This document shows positions 1 to 9,483 of a DNA stretch of 64,000 bases, piece after piece. The notes under the pieces are model-generated. The model did no database searches. It was not told where the DNA came from and saw nothing but the letters and a program-made list of their open reading frames with translations. Origin of the DNA: an uncultured Pseudomonadales bacterium (GTDB taxonomy: Bacteria; Patescibacteriota; Microgenomatia; UBA1400; PJMF01). Where the stretch lies: assembly GCA_964455555.1 (NCBI GenBank), contig CAYVXV010000001.1:149096-213095 (forward strand), written 5' to 3'. The translations under genes and the position numbers were made by a program. How positions within the stretch are numbered: the stretch's first letter is position 1; each line of letters opens with the position of its first letter.

Positions 1-833
1 CTCCGGAAAACGGGAGGTGGATTCAAGAAACCGACACCTTTGATACTTGGTTTTCTTCTGCCCAATGGCCTGTTGTAGTATTAAAAACCGGCAAACCAGG
101 AGACTTCGAGCGATTCTATCCCACCACCGTTATGGAAACGGGTTATGACATCCTAATGTTCTGGGTAATGAGGATGATGCTTATGGGTGCGTACCTTACC
201 GGCAAAACCCCATTTAAACAAGTTTACCTTCACGGCCTTATCCGCGACAGCAAAGGCCAAAAAATGAGCAAAAGCAAAGGAAACACGATTAATCCTTTTG
301 AAGTGGTTGAGAAGTTTGGTGCAGACGCCCTCAGAATGGCCTTAATAATCCGTTCTACGCCTGGTCAGGACAAAAGCGTCAGCGATCAAGATTTTAAAGC
401 AATGCGCAATTTAACCAACAAAGTATGGAACGCCAGCCGCTATATTATCCTTAAAAATAAAGTTGCTAAAACCCGTCACACTTCTGATACTGTTGGATAT
501 GTTGATAGTAATTTTGATAAAAAATTTCATATGGAACTCGAGGAGAAAGCGGCGTTAATTACCCAAAGCCTGGTACGCCTGAAAATCGGTCTAGCAGCCG
601 AACAAACTTACAACGAATTTTGGCATTGGTATTGCGACGAATGCATTGAAAAAAATAAGGCCGGACAACTGTCCGACGAAGCTCTTCTTGAGGGGCTAAC
701 AGTTTTCCTAAAATTACTCCATCCGTTTATTCCGTTTGTAACAGAAAAGGTATGGCAGGAACTTTTCCACGCAGGAGCTGTGAGTGAAAATCTTTTAGCC
801 ACTGCACCCTGGCCCTCCCCAACCCGCGGTTGA
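1..833 (+). CDS. valS: valyl-tRNA synthetase, C-terminal part (5' end lies upstream of window; frame opens at nt 3)
   Basis: Open frame from window edge: PENGRWIQETDTFDTWFSS...FYPTTVMETGYDILMFWVMRMM, then the class-I KMSKS signature 'GQKMSKSKGNTINP' and the anticodon-binding region; stop TGA at 831-833. Confidence 0.9.
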   Translation, partial: PENGRWIQETDTFDTWFSSAQWPVVVLKTGKPGDFERFYPTTVMETGYDILMFWVMRMMLMGAYLTGKTPFKQVYLHGLIRDSKGQKMSKSKGNTINPFEVVEKFGADALRMALIIRSTPGQDKSVSDQDFKAMRNLTNKVWNASRYIILKNKVAKTRHTSDTVGYVDSNFDKKFHMELEEKAALITQSLVRLKIGLAAEQTYNEFWHWYCDECIEKNKAGQLSDEALLEGLTVFLKLLHPFIPFVTEKVWQELFHAGAVSENLLATAPWPSPTRG

Positions 834-1297
834 TTCAGCACATTCATACTATAATAATAGTATCTGTGAAAGAAAAACTCCGTTTTCGACTATTCCAGCT
901 AGAGCTGTTGCTAAACCTTCTCGGGCTGACCCTACTTAGAGCCCAGCATTCTTTTGATGCCCGCAAGTCTTTTCTGCCGACATGCTTGGTGTTTGCAGCA
1001 ACAGCCGGCATCTTTTTAAATCACCTTTACCCCCCTCAGTCCAATGTTATTCAAGAAATTATCGCTGCCCCTCCCCCACCCTACATAGATATGGTGGAAA
1101 AAGAAGTTGTTTCTGTTAGAGATGTTAAAGAACGCATTACCCGACTTGAGTCTGTGCTGCAAAAACAACCCACTCACTTCGACCTTCTTATCAATCTCTC
1201 ATTTCTTTACCAATCCATAAACGATGATGAAAAAGCTGCTGCTTACTGGCTAAGAGCAGAAGAACTCTACCCCAACCATCCTCTTTTTAAGGATTAG
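830..1297 (+). CDS. hypothetical small protein, C-terminus TPR-like (AAYWLRAEELYPNHPLF); start uncertain (internal Met at ~1093 possible)
   Basis: ORF only; weak TPR-like motif; no recognisable N-terminus; sits in a 650-bp gap between valS and rplY. Confidence 0.25.
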   Translation: MIQHIHTIIIVSVKEKLRFRLFQLELLLNLLGLTLLRAQHSFDARKSFLPTCLVFAATAGIFLNHLYPPQSNVIQEIIAAPPPPYIDMVEKEVVSVRDVKERITRLESVLQKQPTHFDLLINLSFLYQSINDDEKAAAYWLRAEELYPNHPLFKD

Positions 1298-1435
1298 CCG
1301 CCACACCAACCCCTGCTCCTTCCATGGTTAAACCAGTATTAAGTATGCACGCAGTCCATTTGAATTAAATAAAAACATTGCAAGAACTTGGATAAGTGAG
1401 TTGTGCTCTGCTTCTCTCAGATTAGTTTTAAACCA

Positions 1436-1470
1436 GCAAAAAAGCCCTCCGCTGAGCGGAGGGCTTTAAG
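1436..1470 (-). terminator. intrinsic terminator hairpin downstream of rplY
   Basis: gccctccgc-tgag-cggagggc stem-loop at 1444-1464; on the minus strand it is followed by TTTTTTG (plus-strand 'caaaaaa' at 1437-1443); it lies 20 nt after the rplY stop. Confidence 0.6.
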
Positions 1471-1487
1471 ATCAAACTATTTTTTAA

Positions 1488-2183
1488 TTATTCTTCCTGG
1501 GAAGCATTAGTATCCTCAGTAGAGGATGGTCCCTCATCCTTTTCTGCTTTTTCGGTGGTTACCTCAACATCATCAACTGAAACCTCTTCTTCCGGCTCTT
1601 CCTCTTCTTTGACTTCCTGAAGAATCACCAGCGGAGACTCAAGGTCTAATTCTCCCTCAAGAACAATTTCGATTTTTGATTTATCATAACTAAGGTCGCC
1701 AATAGTGATGGAATCACCAAATTCTTTAAGGCCACTGATATCAACCTCAAAGTTGTCCGGTAAATCAGCTGGAAGGGCACTGACCTCAAGAGCGTCCCTA
1801 ACCATAAGCACGGTGGCGTCAGGCACTTCGTTTTCACCTACCAACTCAACAGGAACTTCAGCTGTAATCTTCTCGAGCAGGTTGACGCGGCGGAAAACCA
1901 CATGAGTGGCTGCATTGGAAACCGGATGATAATCGACTTGATCAATAAGGACCGGGATTTCTTTTTTTGATCCCTCAACTACAAGATAAACTAAGCCTGT
2001 ATCACCTTCGGATTCATAGAGTTTGGTGAAGCCGGCATAATCCACTGCAACAGTTTCAGAATCCAAGCCGAGGCCGTAAATATTGGCCGGCAAGCTGCCT
2101 TCCTGGCGCAGTTGTCCTACTTTTTTGCCAACTAGGTCCCGATGCTTAACATGGAAGATGGTTTTCTCATTGCTGGTGGTCAT
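1488..2183 (-). CDS. rplY: 50S ribosomal protein L25 / general stress protein Ctc with acidic C-terminal tail
   Basis: N-terminal 'KTIFHVKHRDLVGKKVGQLRQEGSLPANIYG' and the two L25 beta-barrel domains; glutamate-rich tail. Confidence 0.9.
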   Translation of the reverse strand: MTTSNEKTIFHVKHRDLVGKKVGQLRQEGSLPANIYGLGLDSETVAVDYAGFTKLYESEGDTGLVYLVVEGSKKEIPVLIDQVDYHPVSNAATHVVFRRVNLLEKITAEVPVELVGENEVPDATVLMVRDALEVSALPADLPDNFEVDISGLKEFGDSITIGDLSYDKSKIEIVLEGELDLESPLVILQEVKEEEEPEEEVSVDDVEVTTEKAEKDEGPSSTEDTNASQEE

Positions 2184-2352
2184 AATATTTTTGCCTTATT
2201 TTGTATTTAGGATAACAACAGAGTAGTGATTATACCAGGTAATGAATAAATCTGCTAGCTGAGTGAAAAAGGGTTTTTCGAGGAGATTAGAGAAGGGGAC
2301 TTAACATTTTTTATGCGGGCGAGGGCGAGGATATGGCGTTTTTTCAAAAACC

Positions 2353-5300
2353 CTACTCAAACCTCACACCAACGAAGGAGTGTTTTTCATTTATTTTGTC
2401 AAATACAATAGTGTTGCCAACCACCTCCGCCTGAGGAGCAATTAAGACAGGGGAGTGTTTGCTATTATTGATAATAGTGATGGTTGAAGGCGTTTCATTG
2501 GTACCGGCCTGCTTCTGATTAAAGAAAGCGTACGAGAAAGTGCTGTCCGCTTCAAAGGGAGTAGTGTAGGACACCCTAACTTGCCTGGAGGTTTGAATCG
2601 GCACATCCACTAACACGCCGATGATCATTTTTTCATTCTCAACAGCCAGGGTTAACTGATCCTGGCCAACCACCTGATCATCAATTTTTATCTCAGAAAA
2701 CACTGAGTCTTGAGGTATGTAAAAGCGGATGTAAGTTTTATAGCTGCCCTTAGGCCAGGAGTTGGTTTGCGCGGTGTTTTCCAGCAAAACAGTCCGCTGG
2801 TGGTTGATACGGTCCGGGTTGATAGTGATCATTTGGTCAATAGAGCGCTTAATATAGTAATTGGCCTTATTTACGCCGACATTTGCCTCTACTTGGGCGG
2901 TGGAATCTACTACACAAGTACCATTGCTAAAAAGCGCCGGGCAGTTGGGTTTGATTAGTTCACCCGTCCATCCTAGTGAAGTTAAAGTGAGCTGAGGATC
3001 TGCATTGAATGCCGCAATTGCCATCTGCTGAGTAGAGATGCTTTTGGAAAATGCCCCAAGAAGAGAAGTTATTTTGTCCTCCTGAACGTTTTTTACTTTT
3101 TCGAAAATTTTAGATAAAACAACAGCAGAGTAGTCCTTCGATTCTGAGGTTTCCACCAAAACCACCTCTGAGTGAAATTCCATCCGCTCCTGCAGGTTTT
3201 TGTTCGTCAAAGTCTCGTTGTACTCTTCAAGGTCAACCGGTCCCAGCGCAGCAATAATTTCCTCTAGTGCATAAAGGTTTAAGCCAATTACACCATCAAG
3301 TTTAATGCCCAAGCTCTTATCCATAAACCAAGCCATCCGCTCTGCGGCAACAGGAAAGCTCGGGTCCCAATTGCTGTCGCGGAAATACCAATTTTGTTCT
3401 CCTAAAAACTGCCTGATTTCCTCCGGAGGACTAATTGCGCCGCCAAACCTGCGGTCAATTTCATAACTACTGTAAATCTGATGTGATGAGAGTGAGCCGT
3501 TTTCAAAGCTTAAAATTGCCACTGCTTGAATAAAACCGCCCGTTGGCCTCAACTCTTGATTGTTTTGAAGCACTAGGGCATAGGTGCGCCGGCCGCCTAT
3601 GCCCACAAGGTCATCAAGCACTGTTTCCAGTTGCTGCACTGATACTAGGCCGTCCCTGAGTTTTTTAATTTCCCCAGAATACTGATTAACCAAAGACTCT
3701 TCCTCGCCTAAATCCAAAACAGAATCAACCTGGTCTAAACCAGCCTGCAACAACGAAAGGTTTTCATAGGCTCTTTGGGCTTCAGTATTAAGATTTTGGG
3801 CTAGTACACTAACATCACCATCCTCTCTGCCCAACACTGCTAAAACCAGTTTTTCAGTGCTGCTGCGCGCCGCGTCAACAGAAACAACAGCCTCCCTCAT
3901 CTGCGAGCTAAGCTCCACCAGGAGTGAGGCTTGAGAAAACATTGCGCTGTCGATTAAGCTGGTGTAAGCATTAGTCTGAAACTCCAAGAAGCTATTTCTT
4001 TTCCTCAGGGTTTCCCAGTGCTGGTCGCCCTCAATCTCCGAAACAGACGTTGTTTGAGCATTGACGATGACTCCGACCAGGGCTTTTTTCACGCCATATT
4101 GAGACAAAACAAATACTCCGGCTAAAACCACTATAGAGGCGGCCGCAAAAATACTAACTAACCCCGCCCAGAACATGGTTGTTTTCCGTTTTGATTTCTT
4201 AAAAAACTTCTTTTCCGTTTTGACCAATTTTTTAATATGTTCAACTTTTTGTTCAGTCCTTGTAGCCGTGAAAATTTTTGACAATTCTTCATTTACATCC
4301 AGCGATTTACTGTGGTTTTTTACGGATGCTTCCTGAGTTTTTTTCGGTGGAAAATCGGGCTGCTTGGAGGAGAAGGCAGTGGTTTTTGAGGCCGGCGCTT
4401 CTTGAGTTTTTTGCGGTGTAGGAGAATTAGCAACACTGTTTTCAACCTGGTTGTCTGTGGTTTTTTCAGGCACAACACCACTGCCCACATCTGAAGAAAC
4501 CTTGGCGTCTGGCTCAATTGCTAGTAGTGGGGCTGCAGAAGATAAGGATTCTCGGGTGGGCAATTTCGCAGAAAAAATACTTTTCAACTGTTTTTTTTGA
4601 TTCCCTTGATTTTTATCCGGCTTCTCCAGTTCCTCCTCAAGAGGGGAGGATGCTGCAGAAAATTCGGACACCTTTGGTCGCGGCAGGTTTTGGGCTATAA
4701 CACTAAGTTTTTCCCAACTAATTCCGGTAGAAATTTTTTCAGATACCACAAACGGAACGGGAGGCGACTGCACCTGAGGATAGGGGGATATTTTTAAATT
4801 AAATTGATGATAATGGCCATACTTTTCTTTTATAAAATCTAAAACCCCCGTACTTGGTGATCCGTCAGCCCTGATAAGAACGCTGCCGGAAGATTGGGTT
4901 CTAATCAAATACTCCTTGGCTGCCTTTAGGGCAGAATTAGTATCCTGCAGATACCAGGTTGTCTTCGGATCAACCAAAATCCCTTGCTCAATTAATTTAG
5001 CCGCAAAAAACAGCGGCGAGCTTTCCGGAAGCGGGCTTTCTGTTAAATCGATCAGAAATACAAAGTTGCACCTTGGGAGATGATGACTGCTGTCTAAAAC
5101 GACCTCTTGTTCTATGCGTGCTCTTTTATACCATTGTTGAACTACTTCATGAGTGTTGGTTGAGGCTGAAATCGGGCTTATTAGAGGCATTACCAGAGTA
5201 ACTGGTATAGATACTGATTTTAAATAATTTTTAACTGCCTCATAACCTGTATTTCCAACTCTTCCCGACACCACCCAAATCATTTTATGGGCAGCGGCAG

Positions 5301-5469
5301 CCTGTTGAGGAATAAACCCTCCCAATATATCTTCCGGCTTAACCAACAGCACCCTCAAGCCGCCTGTTTCCAGCAAACCAACTACTTCATCTAGCAGGGG
5401 TGAGGAATCGCCAAGCACAGCAACCACGGGTTGCTCAGCCACAAATTCAGTAGTAAACCGCTGTGACAT
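2353..5469 (-). CDS. large membrane-anchored DUF4012-domain protein (N-terminal Rossmann-like region, P/S/T-rich linker, one TM helix, coiled-coil, C-terminal DUF4012)
   Basis: C-terminal 'LVLQNNQELRPTGGFIQAVAILSFENGSL...NWYFRDSNWDPSFPVAAERMAWFMD' matches the DUF4012 signature; TM helix 'FWAGLVSIFAAASIVVLAGVFVL'. Confidence 0.7.
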   Translation of the reverse strand: MSQRFTTEFVAEQPVVAVLGDSSPLLDEVVGLLETGGLRVLLVKPEDILGGFIPQQAAAAHKMIWVVSGRVGNTGYEAVKNYLKSVSIPVTLVMPLISPISASTNTHEVVQQWYKRARIEQEVVLDSSHHLPRCNFVFLIDLTESPLPESSPLFFAAKLIEQGILVDPKTTWYLQDTNSALKAAKEYLIRTQSSGSVLIRADGSPSTGVLDFIKEKYGHYHQFNLKISPYPQVQSPPVPFVVSEKISTGISWEKLSVIAQNLPRPKVSEFSAASSPLEEELEKPDKNQGNQKKQLKSIFSAKLPTRESLSSAAPLLAIEPDAKVSSDVGSGVVPEKTTDNQVENSVANSPTPQKTQEAPASKTTAFSSKQPDFPPKKTQEASVKNHSKSLDVNEELSKIFTATRTEQKVEHIKKLVKTEKKFFKKSKRKTTMFWAGLVSIFAAASIVVLAGVFVLSQYGVKKALVGVIVNAQTTSVSEIEGDQHWETLRKRNSFLEFQTNAYTSLIDSAMFSQASLLVELSSQMREAVVSVDAARSSTEKLVLAVLGREDGDVSVLAQNLNTEAQRAYENLSLLQAGLDQVDSVLDLGEEESLVNQYSGEIKKLRDGLVSVQQLETVLDDLVGIGGRRTYALVLQNNQELRPTGGFIQAVAILSFENGSLSSHQIYSSYEIDRRFGGAISPPEEIRQFLGEQNWYFRDSNWDPSFPVAAERMAWFMDKSLGIKLDGVIGLNLYALEEIIAALGPVDLEEYNETLTNKNLQERMEFHSEVVLVETSESKDYSAVVLSKIFEKVKNVQEDKITSLLGAFSKSISTQQMAIAAFNADPQLTLTSLGWTGELIKPNCPALFSNGTCVVDSTAQVEANVGVNKANYYIKRSIDQMITINPDRINHQRTVLLENTAQTNSWPKGSYKTYIRFYIPQDSVFSEIKIDDQVVGQDQLTLAVENEKMIIGVLVDVPIQTSRQVRVSYTTPFEADSTFSYAFFNQKQAGTNETPSTITIINNSKHSPVLIAPQAEVVGNTIVFDKINEKHSFVGVRFE

Positions 5470-5565
5470 AGGCAGGCAAAAAAGTGTACTAGTACTTAAG
5501 CCATTGTAGAAAAATTTGAAGGTCTGGGGAAGTGGGGGAACAAGCCTGTCTGATAAAAATAGTTA

Positions 5566-5988
5566 TTAAAGTTCGTAAGCGTCGATGGCTTGGTTAACCA
5601 AGGCGTCTGCCTCAGCATTGTCGCTCCGGCCAATATGGATAACCGTCACATTGGGGAAGGGGAGTACGGTCATTAAGCCCCATGCCTCTACGGCCAACTG
5701 CTTAAGCCTGGGTTCTTTAATTTTCCAGCGCTTATTAACCTGTTCAACCACAAGTTTTGAGTCAAGTTTGCAGGAAACGGAAAAGCCGCTATATTCCCTA
5801 CCATTTTCATTCAGCCATTTCAGGGCTGCAATAAAAGCTTTGTACTCTGCCTCGTTGTTGGTAGCAACTCCAATAAACTCCGAGTGCTCATAAATAACTT
5901 GACCGGCCTCATCATAAATAATCACCCCAATACCCGCGTTGCCAGGATTGCCCCGGGCTCCACCGTCTGTAAATACATTGAGCTGCAT
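5566..5988 (-). CDS. rnhA: ribonuclease HI
   Basis: 'VFTDGGARGNPGNAGIGVII...ATNNEAEYKAFIAALKW' matches the RNase H catalytic D/E motifs. Confidence 0.9.
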   Translation of the reverse strand: MQLNVFTDGGARGNPGNAGIGVIIYDEAGQVIYEHSEFIGVATNNEAEYKAFIAALKWLNENGREYSGFSVSCKLDSKLVVEQVNKRWKIKEPRLKQLAVEAWGLMTVLPFPNVTVIHIGRSDNAEADALVNQAIDAYEL

Positions 5989-5990
5989 AA

Positions 5991-6449
5991 TTAATCTTCT
6001 TTTTTGCGCTGAATTGTCAGTTTTCTATCTCTACCATCACCGTTTGAAACACTTTCAAGGTCTGGAAACTCATCAGAAACAGTGGTGTGGACTACAAACC
6101 GCTCGTGAGAGGGGATGTGATAGGTGAAAGTATAAGGAGAGTTAGTTTCCTGAACCCGTTTAGCGGCGTTACGAGCCATTTCTTTAACTTTTTCTTCTCT
6201 TTGCTGGCGGTATTCGTTAATATTTAGATTGATCCGTTTGTCTGTTTCTCGCTGAAATACAATTCTCAATATTCGTTGGATTGAATCCAGGGTTTCACCG
6301 TGATAACCAATGAACAAGCCTGAGTCGGCTTCAGGAAGATTCATTTGGACGTTTATCGCTTCATCATCTTCGTCGACGATGACTTCAACAGCTGAAGTGG
6401 CGATGCCGCAGTGTTCTGCAAGTTGGGTTAAAAAGGTATCGATAGTCAT
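5991..6449 (-). CDS. khpB: Jag/KhpB RNA-binding protein (Jag_N, KH and R3H domains)
   Basis: Domain pattern 'FLTQLAEHCGI...IGYHGETLDSIQRILRIVFQRE'; classic position immediately after yidC. Confidence 0.75.
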   Translation of the reverse strand: MTIDTFLTQLAEHCGIATSAVEVIVDEDDEAINVQMNLPEADSGLFIGYHGETLDSIQRILRIVFQRETDKRINLNINEYRQQREEKVKEMARNAAKRVQETNSPYTFTYHIPSHERFVVHTTVSDEFPDLESVSNGDGRDRKLTIQRKKED

Positions 6450-6465
6450 AAAAACCTTAAAAGTA

Positions 6466-7260
6466 TTATTTATTCGCTTGTAAAAATCCTAGGGCTCGCT
6501 GCAGGTAAATAGTCAGCCCGCCCCAGCCGGAAACAAAGTATTGTTGAACAACACTAAACACAGTAGTTACTATCCAGTAGAGTGCTAGCCCGGCAGGGAA
6601 GGTATAGGCGAAAAATCCAGTGAACACCGGCATGATATAAATCATTTGCTGCTGCATGGACTGAGCCATTTCAGCAAAGTTTTCTTCTTTCTTATTTGCT
6701 TCCTGAACCGCTTTTTTCTTTGATTTATTCGGTACGATGTCTGGAGTTTCTGCTCCAGGAGCAATCATGACTGAAAGAACCAGCTGCGACAAAGCAGCAA
6801 TAACTGGAAGAACTAGGGTAGATCTACTTTCAACAAGATTGATTCCTAAAAATCTGGTGGTTATCATCTCGCCATTAACCATGATTGTGTCCAAAATTTC
6901 GCCATTATTTCCAAGCTGAGGCTCAAGGAAGCCGATTAAAACCCTATAGAGCAGAATTAGGACAACCAACTGCACTATTTGTGGTAGGCAGCCTGCCAGA
7001 GGATTTACGTTGTATTTTTTATAAAGGTCCATCTGCGCAGCCTGCAAGCCTTTTTTGTCGTCTTTAAACTGCTTTTTAAGTTTATTTAACTCTGGTTGAA
7101 TGGCTTTCATCTGCTTAGCAGCCTTGAGGGAAGGGATAGTAATCGGTAGCAATATCGTCCTGGTAAGAATTGTAAAGGCAATAATAGCTAAACCCAGGTT
7201 TCCTGTTAGGCCATTAAGAAATACTAAAATTTGCAATAAAAATTCTGAAAAAATGCTCAT
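6466..7260 (-). CDS. yidC: membrane protein insertase YidC/Oxa1 (short form)
   Basis: 'MDLYKKYNVNPLAGCLPQIVQLVVLILLYRVL' plus multiple TM helices. Confidence 0.9.
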   Translation of the reverse strand: MSIFSEFLLQILVFLNGLTGNLGLAIIAFTILTRTILLPITIPSLKAAKQMKAIQPELNKLKKQFKDDKKGLQAAQMDLYKKYNVNPLAGCLPQIVQLVVLILLYRVLIGFLEPQLGNNGEILDTIMVNGEMITTRFLGINLVESRSTLVLPVIAALSQLVLSVMIAPGAETPDIVPNKSKKKAVQEANKKEENFAEMAQSMQQQMIYIMPVFTGFFAYTFPAGLALYWIVTTVFSVVQQYFVSGWGGLTIYLQRALGFLQANK

Positions 7261-7346
7261 AACTCCTTCTGTATTAATTCGGTCGGAACGACTAATTGTA
7301 CCATTTTTTATTATTATTAATTATCTGGTTTAATCCCTGTTGTTCA

Positions 7347-7553
7347 CTACCAGCAGGTTAATACTCGTATAATCCCCTTAATGCCGCCCACCAACAACCC
7401 TTCTTTCTCGATTTTTTTAAATGCATATGTACCGCATGTTGGATTGTGCTTGCAGTGACTTATATAACCGAAGGCGCTGTATAGAATCTGGTACCTAAAT
7501 GCCCTAAACACTTGATAAGACTTAAACAAAAATCTAAATATTAATTTATTCAT
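7347..7553 (-). CDS. yidD: membrane protein insertion efficiency factor YidD
   Basis: 68 aa with the conserved 'CKHNPTCGTYAFKKIEKEG' motif (CxxxPTCS-type); overlaps rnpA by 8 nt. Confidence 0.8.
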   Translation of the reverse strand: MNKLIFRFLFKSYQVFRAFRYQILYSAFGYISHCKHNPTCGTYAFKKIEKEGLLVGGIKGIIRVLTCW

Positions 7554-7899
7554 GAGCCTTCAACCGGCTACCAATTTTTAAAAAGGCTTTCTCCATGGCC
7601 TCTGAGATTTCTTGGTGAGAGGAGGAGGAAACCGGATGTTTTGCCACCACAACAATATCCGCAGGCACTCCAGCCACACTTTGAATACTATCAGAAATAG
7701 ACCTACTTATCAATCTTTTTATTCTTATTCTCTCGGCGGCTTTCGCGGCAATTTTCTTAGAAACAACAACTGAGAAGGCTGGGCTACCGTCATCTCTCTT
7801 TACAATGAATAAATTAAATAAGGGATACCTTAAGATCTCCGCCTGCTTAAAAAAATCAGGCTTACTCCTAAGCTGAAGTCTAAATTGTTTTGGCAACAT
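7546..7899 (-). CDS. rnpA: ribonuclease P protein component
   Basis: 'LPKQFRLQLRSKPDFFKQAEILRYPLFNLFIVK...FSVVVSKKIAAKAAERIRIKRLIS' matches the RnpA signature. Confidence 0.85.
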   Translation of the reverse strand: MLPKQFRLQLRSKPDFFKQAEILRYPLFNLFIVKRDDGSPAFSVVVSKKIAAKAAERIRIKRLISRSISDSIQSVAGVPADIVVVAKHPVSSSSHQEISEAMEKAFLKIGSRLKAHE

Positions 7900-7914
7900 T
7901 AAAATTAGCGTACC

Positions 7915-8056
7915 ACTATTTGGCGTTGTCAGTTAAGCGCTTACGCCCTTTTGCCCTGCGGGATTTTAAAACACCTAAATGCTTTTTGGCTCTGTGCAAA
8001 AAACCGTGCTTGCGGGCGCGCTTCTTTTGTTTGGGGTTCCAGGTTCTCTTGGTCAT
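7915..8056 (-). CDS. rpmH: 50S ribosomal protein L34 (46 aa; below the ORF-track length cut-off)
   Basis: Hand translation of the minus strand gives MTKRTWNPKQKKRARKHGFLHRAKKHLGVLKSRRAKGRKRLTDNAK*; canonical position upstream of rnpA. Confidence 0.85.
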
Positions 8057-8092
8057 AAGTTTGACATTATATCACAAGGCTAAAACAGGTAA

Positions 8093-9202
8093 TTATTGAT
8101 TAACTTTAAAAGGCATAATTATGTATTGGTAGGATTGCATCTCTTCTGTTTCAAACGTTGCCGGCTTCAAACTGTCAGACATGCTGAAAGAAATTGTCTG
8201 GCCGGTTGCAGCCTGCAGAAAATCAAGAAGATAGCGGGCATTAAATGCAATATTGCTTTCTTCACCCTCAACAGCAGCCTGCTGAAGATCTCCTGAGAAA
8301 GTTCCCAGGGAAGGGGATGAAGATTTTAATACTGCCTTGCCGCCTTCAAAATGAAATCTGACAATATTCGAGGCGTCCCGAGAAAATATAATCGCTCTTT
8401 TGATGTTGTTTGCCAATTCTTCAGTGTCAAAAGTCACTTTGGTAGTAAAACTGTTGGGTACGATTTTCTCATAAGGAGGATAACTACCTTCAATCAACCG
8501 CACAAAAACTTGGGCGTCGTTCACTGCAAAAAAGACTTGTTTAAGCTCCTCAGAGACCGTAAAACGGACTTGGCCAGTGTCGGATTGACTGAGTATCCGG
8601 AATACCTCGCTAAGAGCCCTTGCCGGCACTAACATTTCTTTTTCAACGGATGCAGGCTCTTCGCTCAGCTGCATTAGCGCCAATCTAAATCCATCTGTAC
8701 TCACAACCTTAAGGCCGCCTTCTGAGAAAGAGAAGAGAACTGATGTTAATACCGGCCTAGCCTGATCGGTTGAGGCTCCAAATACTATATAGCGCTCAAT
8801 TTTCTCCAGGTATTCTTTGGAAAGTTCATACTGTTCACCTTGAACCTCTGGAAAAGGAGGGTACTCATTACTATCTAGGCATTGAAGGGAAGCCTTAGAA
8901 TTTTTTGATTTAATGGTTAGAGTTCCATTTTTATAAACTAAGTCTAGTGCTCCGGGAGGAAGTGAAGCGATGATTTCTCTAAATTGCTTTCCTGGAATTA
9001 CAATTTCTCCTTCATCAATTATTTCAGCTTGAACACTTGATCTCACTCCAAAGTACAGGTCTGTGGCAGCTATAGTGCACTCATTGCCTTTGGCTGAGAG
9101 CAGTACTGAGGATAGGATTGGCAAGGTAGGTTTTGAAGGAATCGCTTTTTGGATGTAATTCAGTGACTGATGAAGGTTTTCTTGTAGGACTTTGAGTTTC
9201 AT
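8093..9202 (-). CDS. dnaN: DNA polymerase III beta sliding clamp
   Basis: 369 aa, 'MKLKVLQENLHQSLNYIQKAIPSKPTLPILSSVLL' N-terminus, three-domain clamp length, directly downstream of dnaA. Confidence 0.9.
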   Translation of the reverse strand: MKLKVLQENLHQSLNYIQKAIPSKPTLPILSSVLLSAKGNECTIAATDLYFGVRSSVQAEIIDEGEIVIPGKQFREIIASLPPGALDLVYKNGTLTIKSKNSKASLQCLDSNEYPPFPEVQGEQYELSKEYLEKIERYIVFGASTDQARPVLTSVLFSFSEGGLKVVSTDGFRLALMQLSEEPASVEKEMLVPARALSEVFRILSQSDTGQVRFTVSEELKQVFFAVNDAQVFVRLIEGSYPPYEKIVPNSFTTKVTFDTEELANNIKRAIIFSRDASNIVRFHFEGGKAVLKSSSPSLGTFSGDLQQAAVEGEESNIAFNARYLLDFLQAATGQTISFSMSDSLKPATFETEEMQSYQYIIMPFKVNQ

Positions 9203-9483
9203 AAACTGTTTCTATTATTAAGAAAAATAGTATTAATTAATAGTTGCATTAGTAGTAGAGCAAAAAATAATCGTGGATTTCCTTAGTATTTCCGCCTGGT
9301 GTTTTAGTGTGGATCGAATGTTGATATTCCCCGCTATCTTTTGTTAATAACATTTGGGGATTGGTGTGGGGCAGGTGTTTGCAACCTTTTTCGTTTCCCC
9401 ATCCGGCAAGAATATTCAACATCTATTAACACCACAATCCTCATTTTTTCAACAGCTTTATCCACAACTGTGGATAAAAACCA
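9203..9483. promoter_or_regulatory. candidate oriC / DnaA-box region in the dnaA-dnaN intergenic spacer
   Basis: Perfect TTATCCACA at 9458-9466 and its perfect inverse TGTGGATAA at 9469-9477; imperfect boxes TGTGGATCG at 9308-9316 and CGTGGATTT at ~9272; AT-rich stretch at 9205-9265. Confidence 0.6.

Noticed and set aside
834-1487. 650-bp stretch with only a weak ORF; searched for a structured RNA (RNase P RNA, tmRNA, SRP RNA)
   Set aside because: No GGAAAGUCCGG or ACAGAACCCGGCUUA RNase P motifs and no tRNA-like 3' end or tmRNA tag frame on either strand. Only the terminator hairpin is supported.
7890-8099. 69-aa plus-strand ORF
   Set aside because: Antisense to the hand-identified rpmH (L34), which has an unmistakable sequence. 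The plus-strand ORF is rejected.
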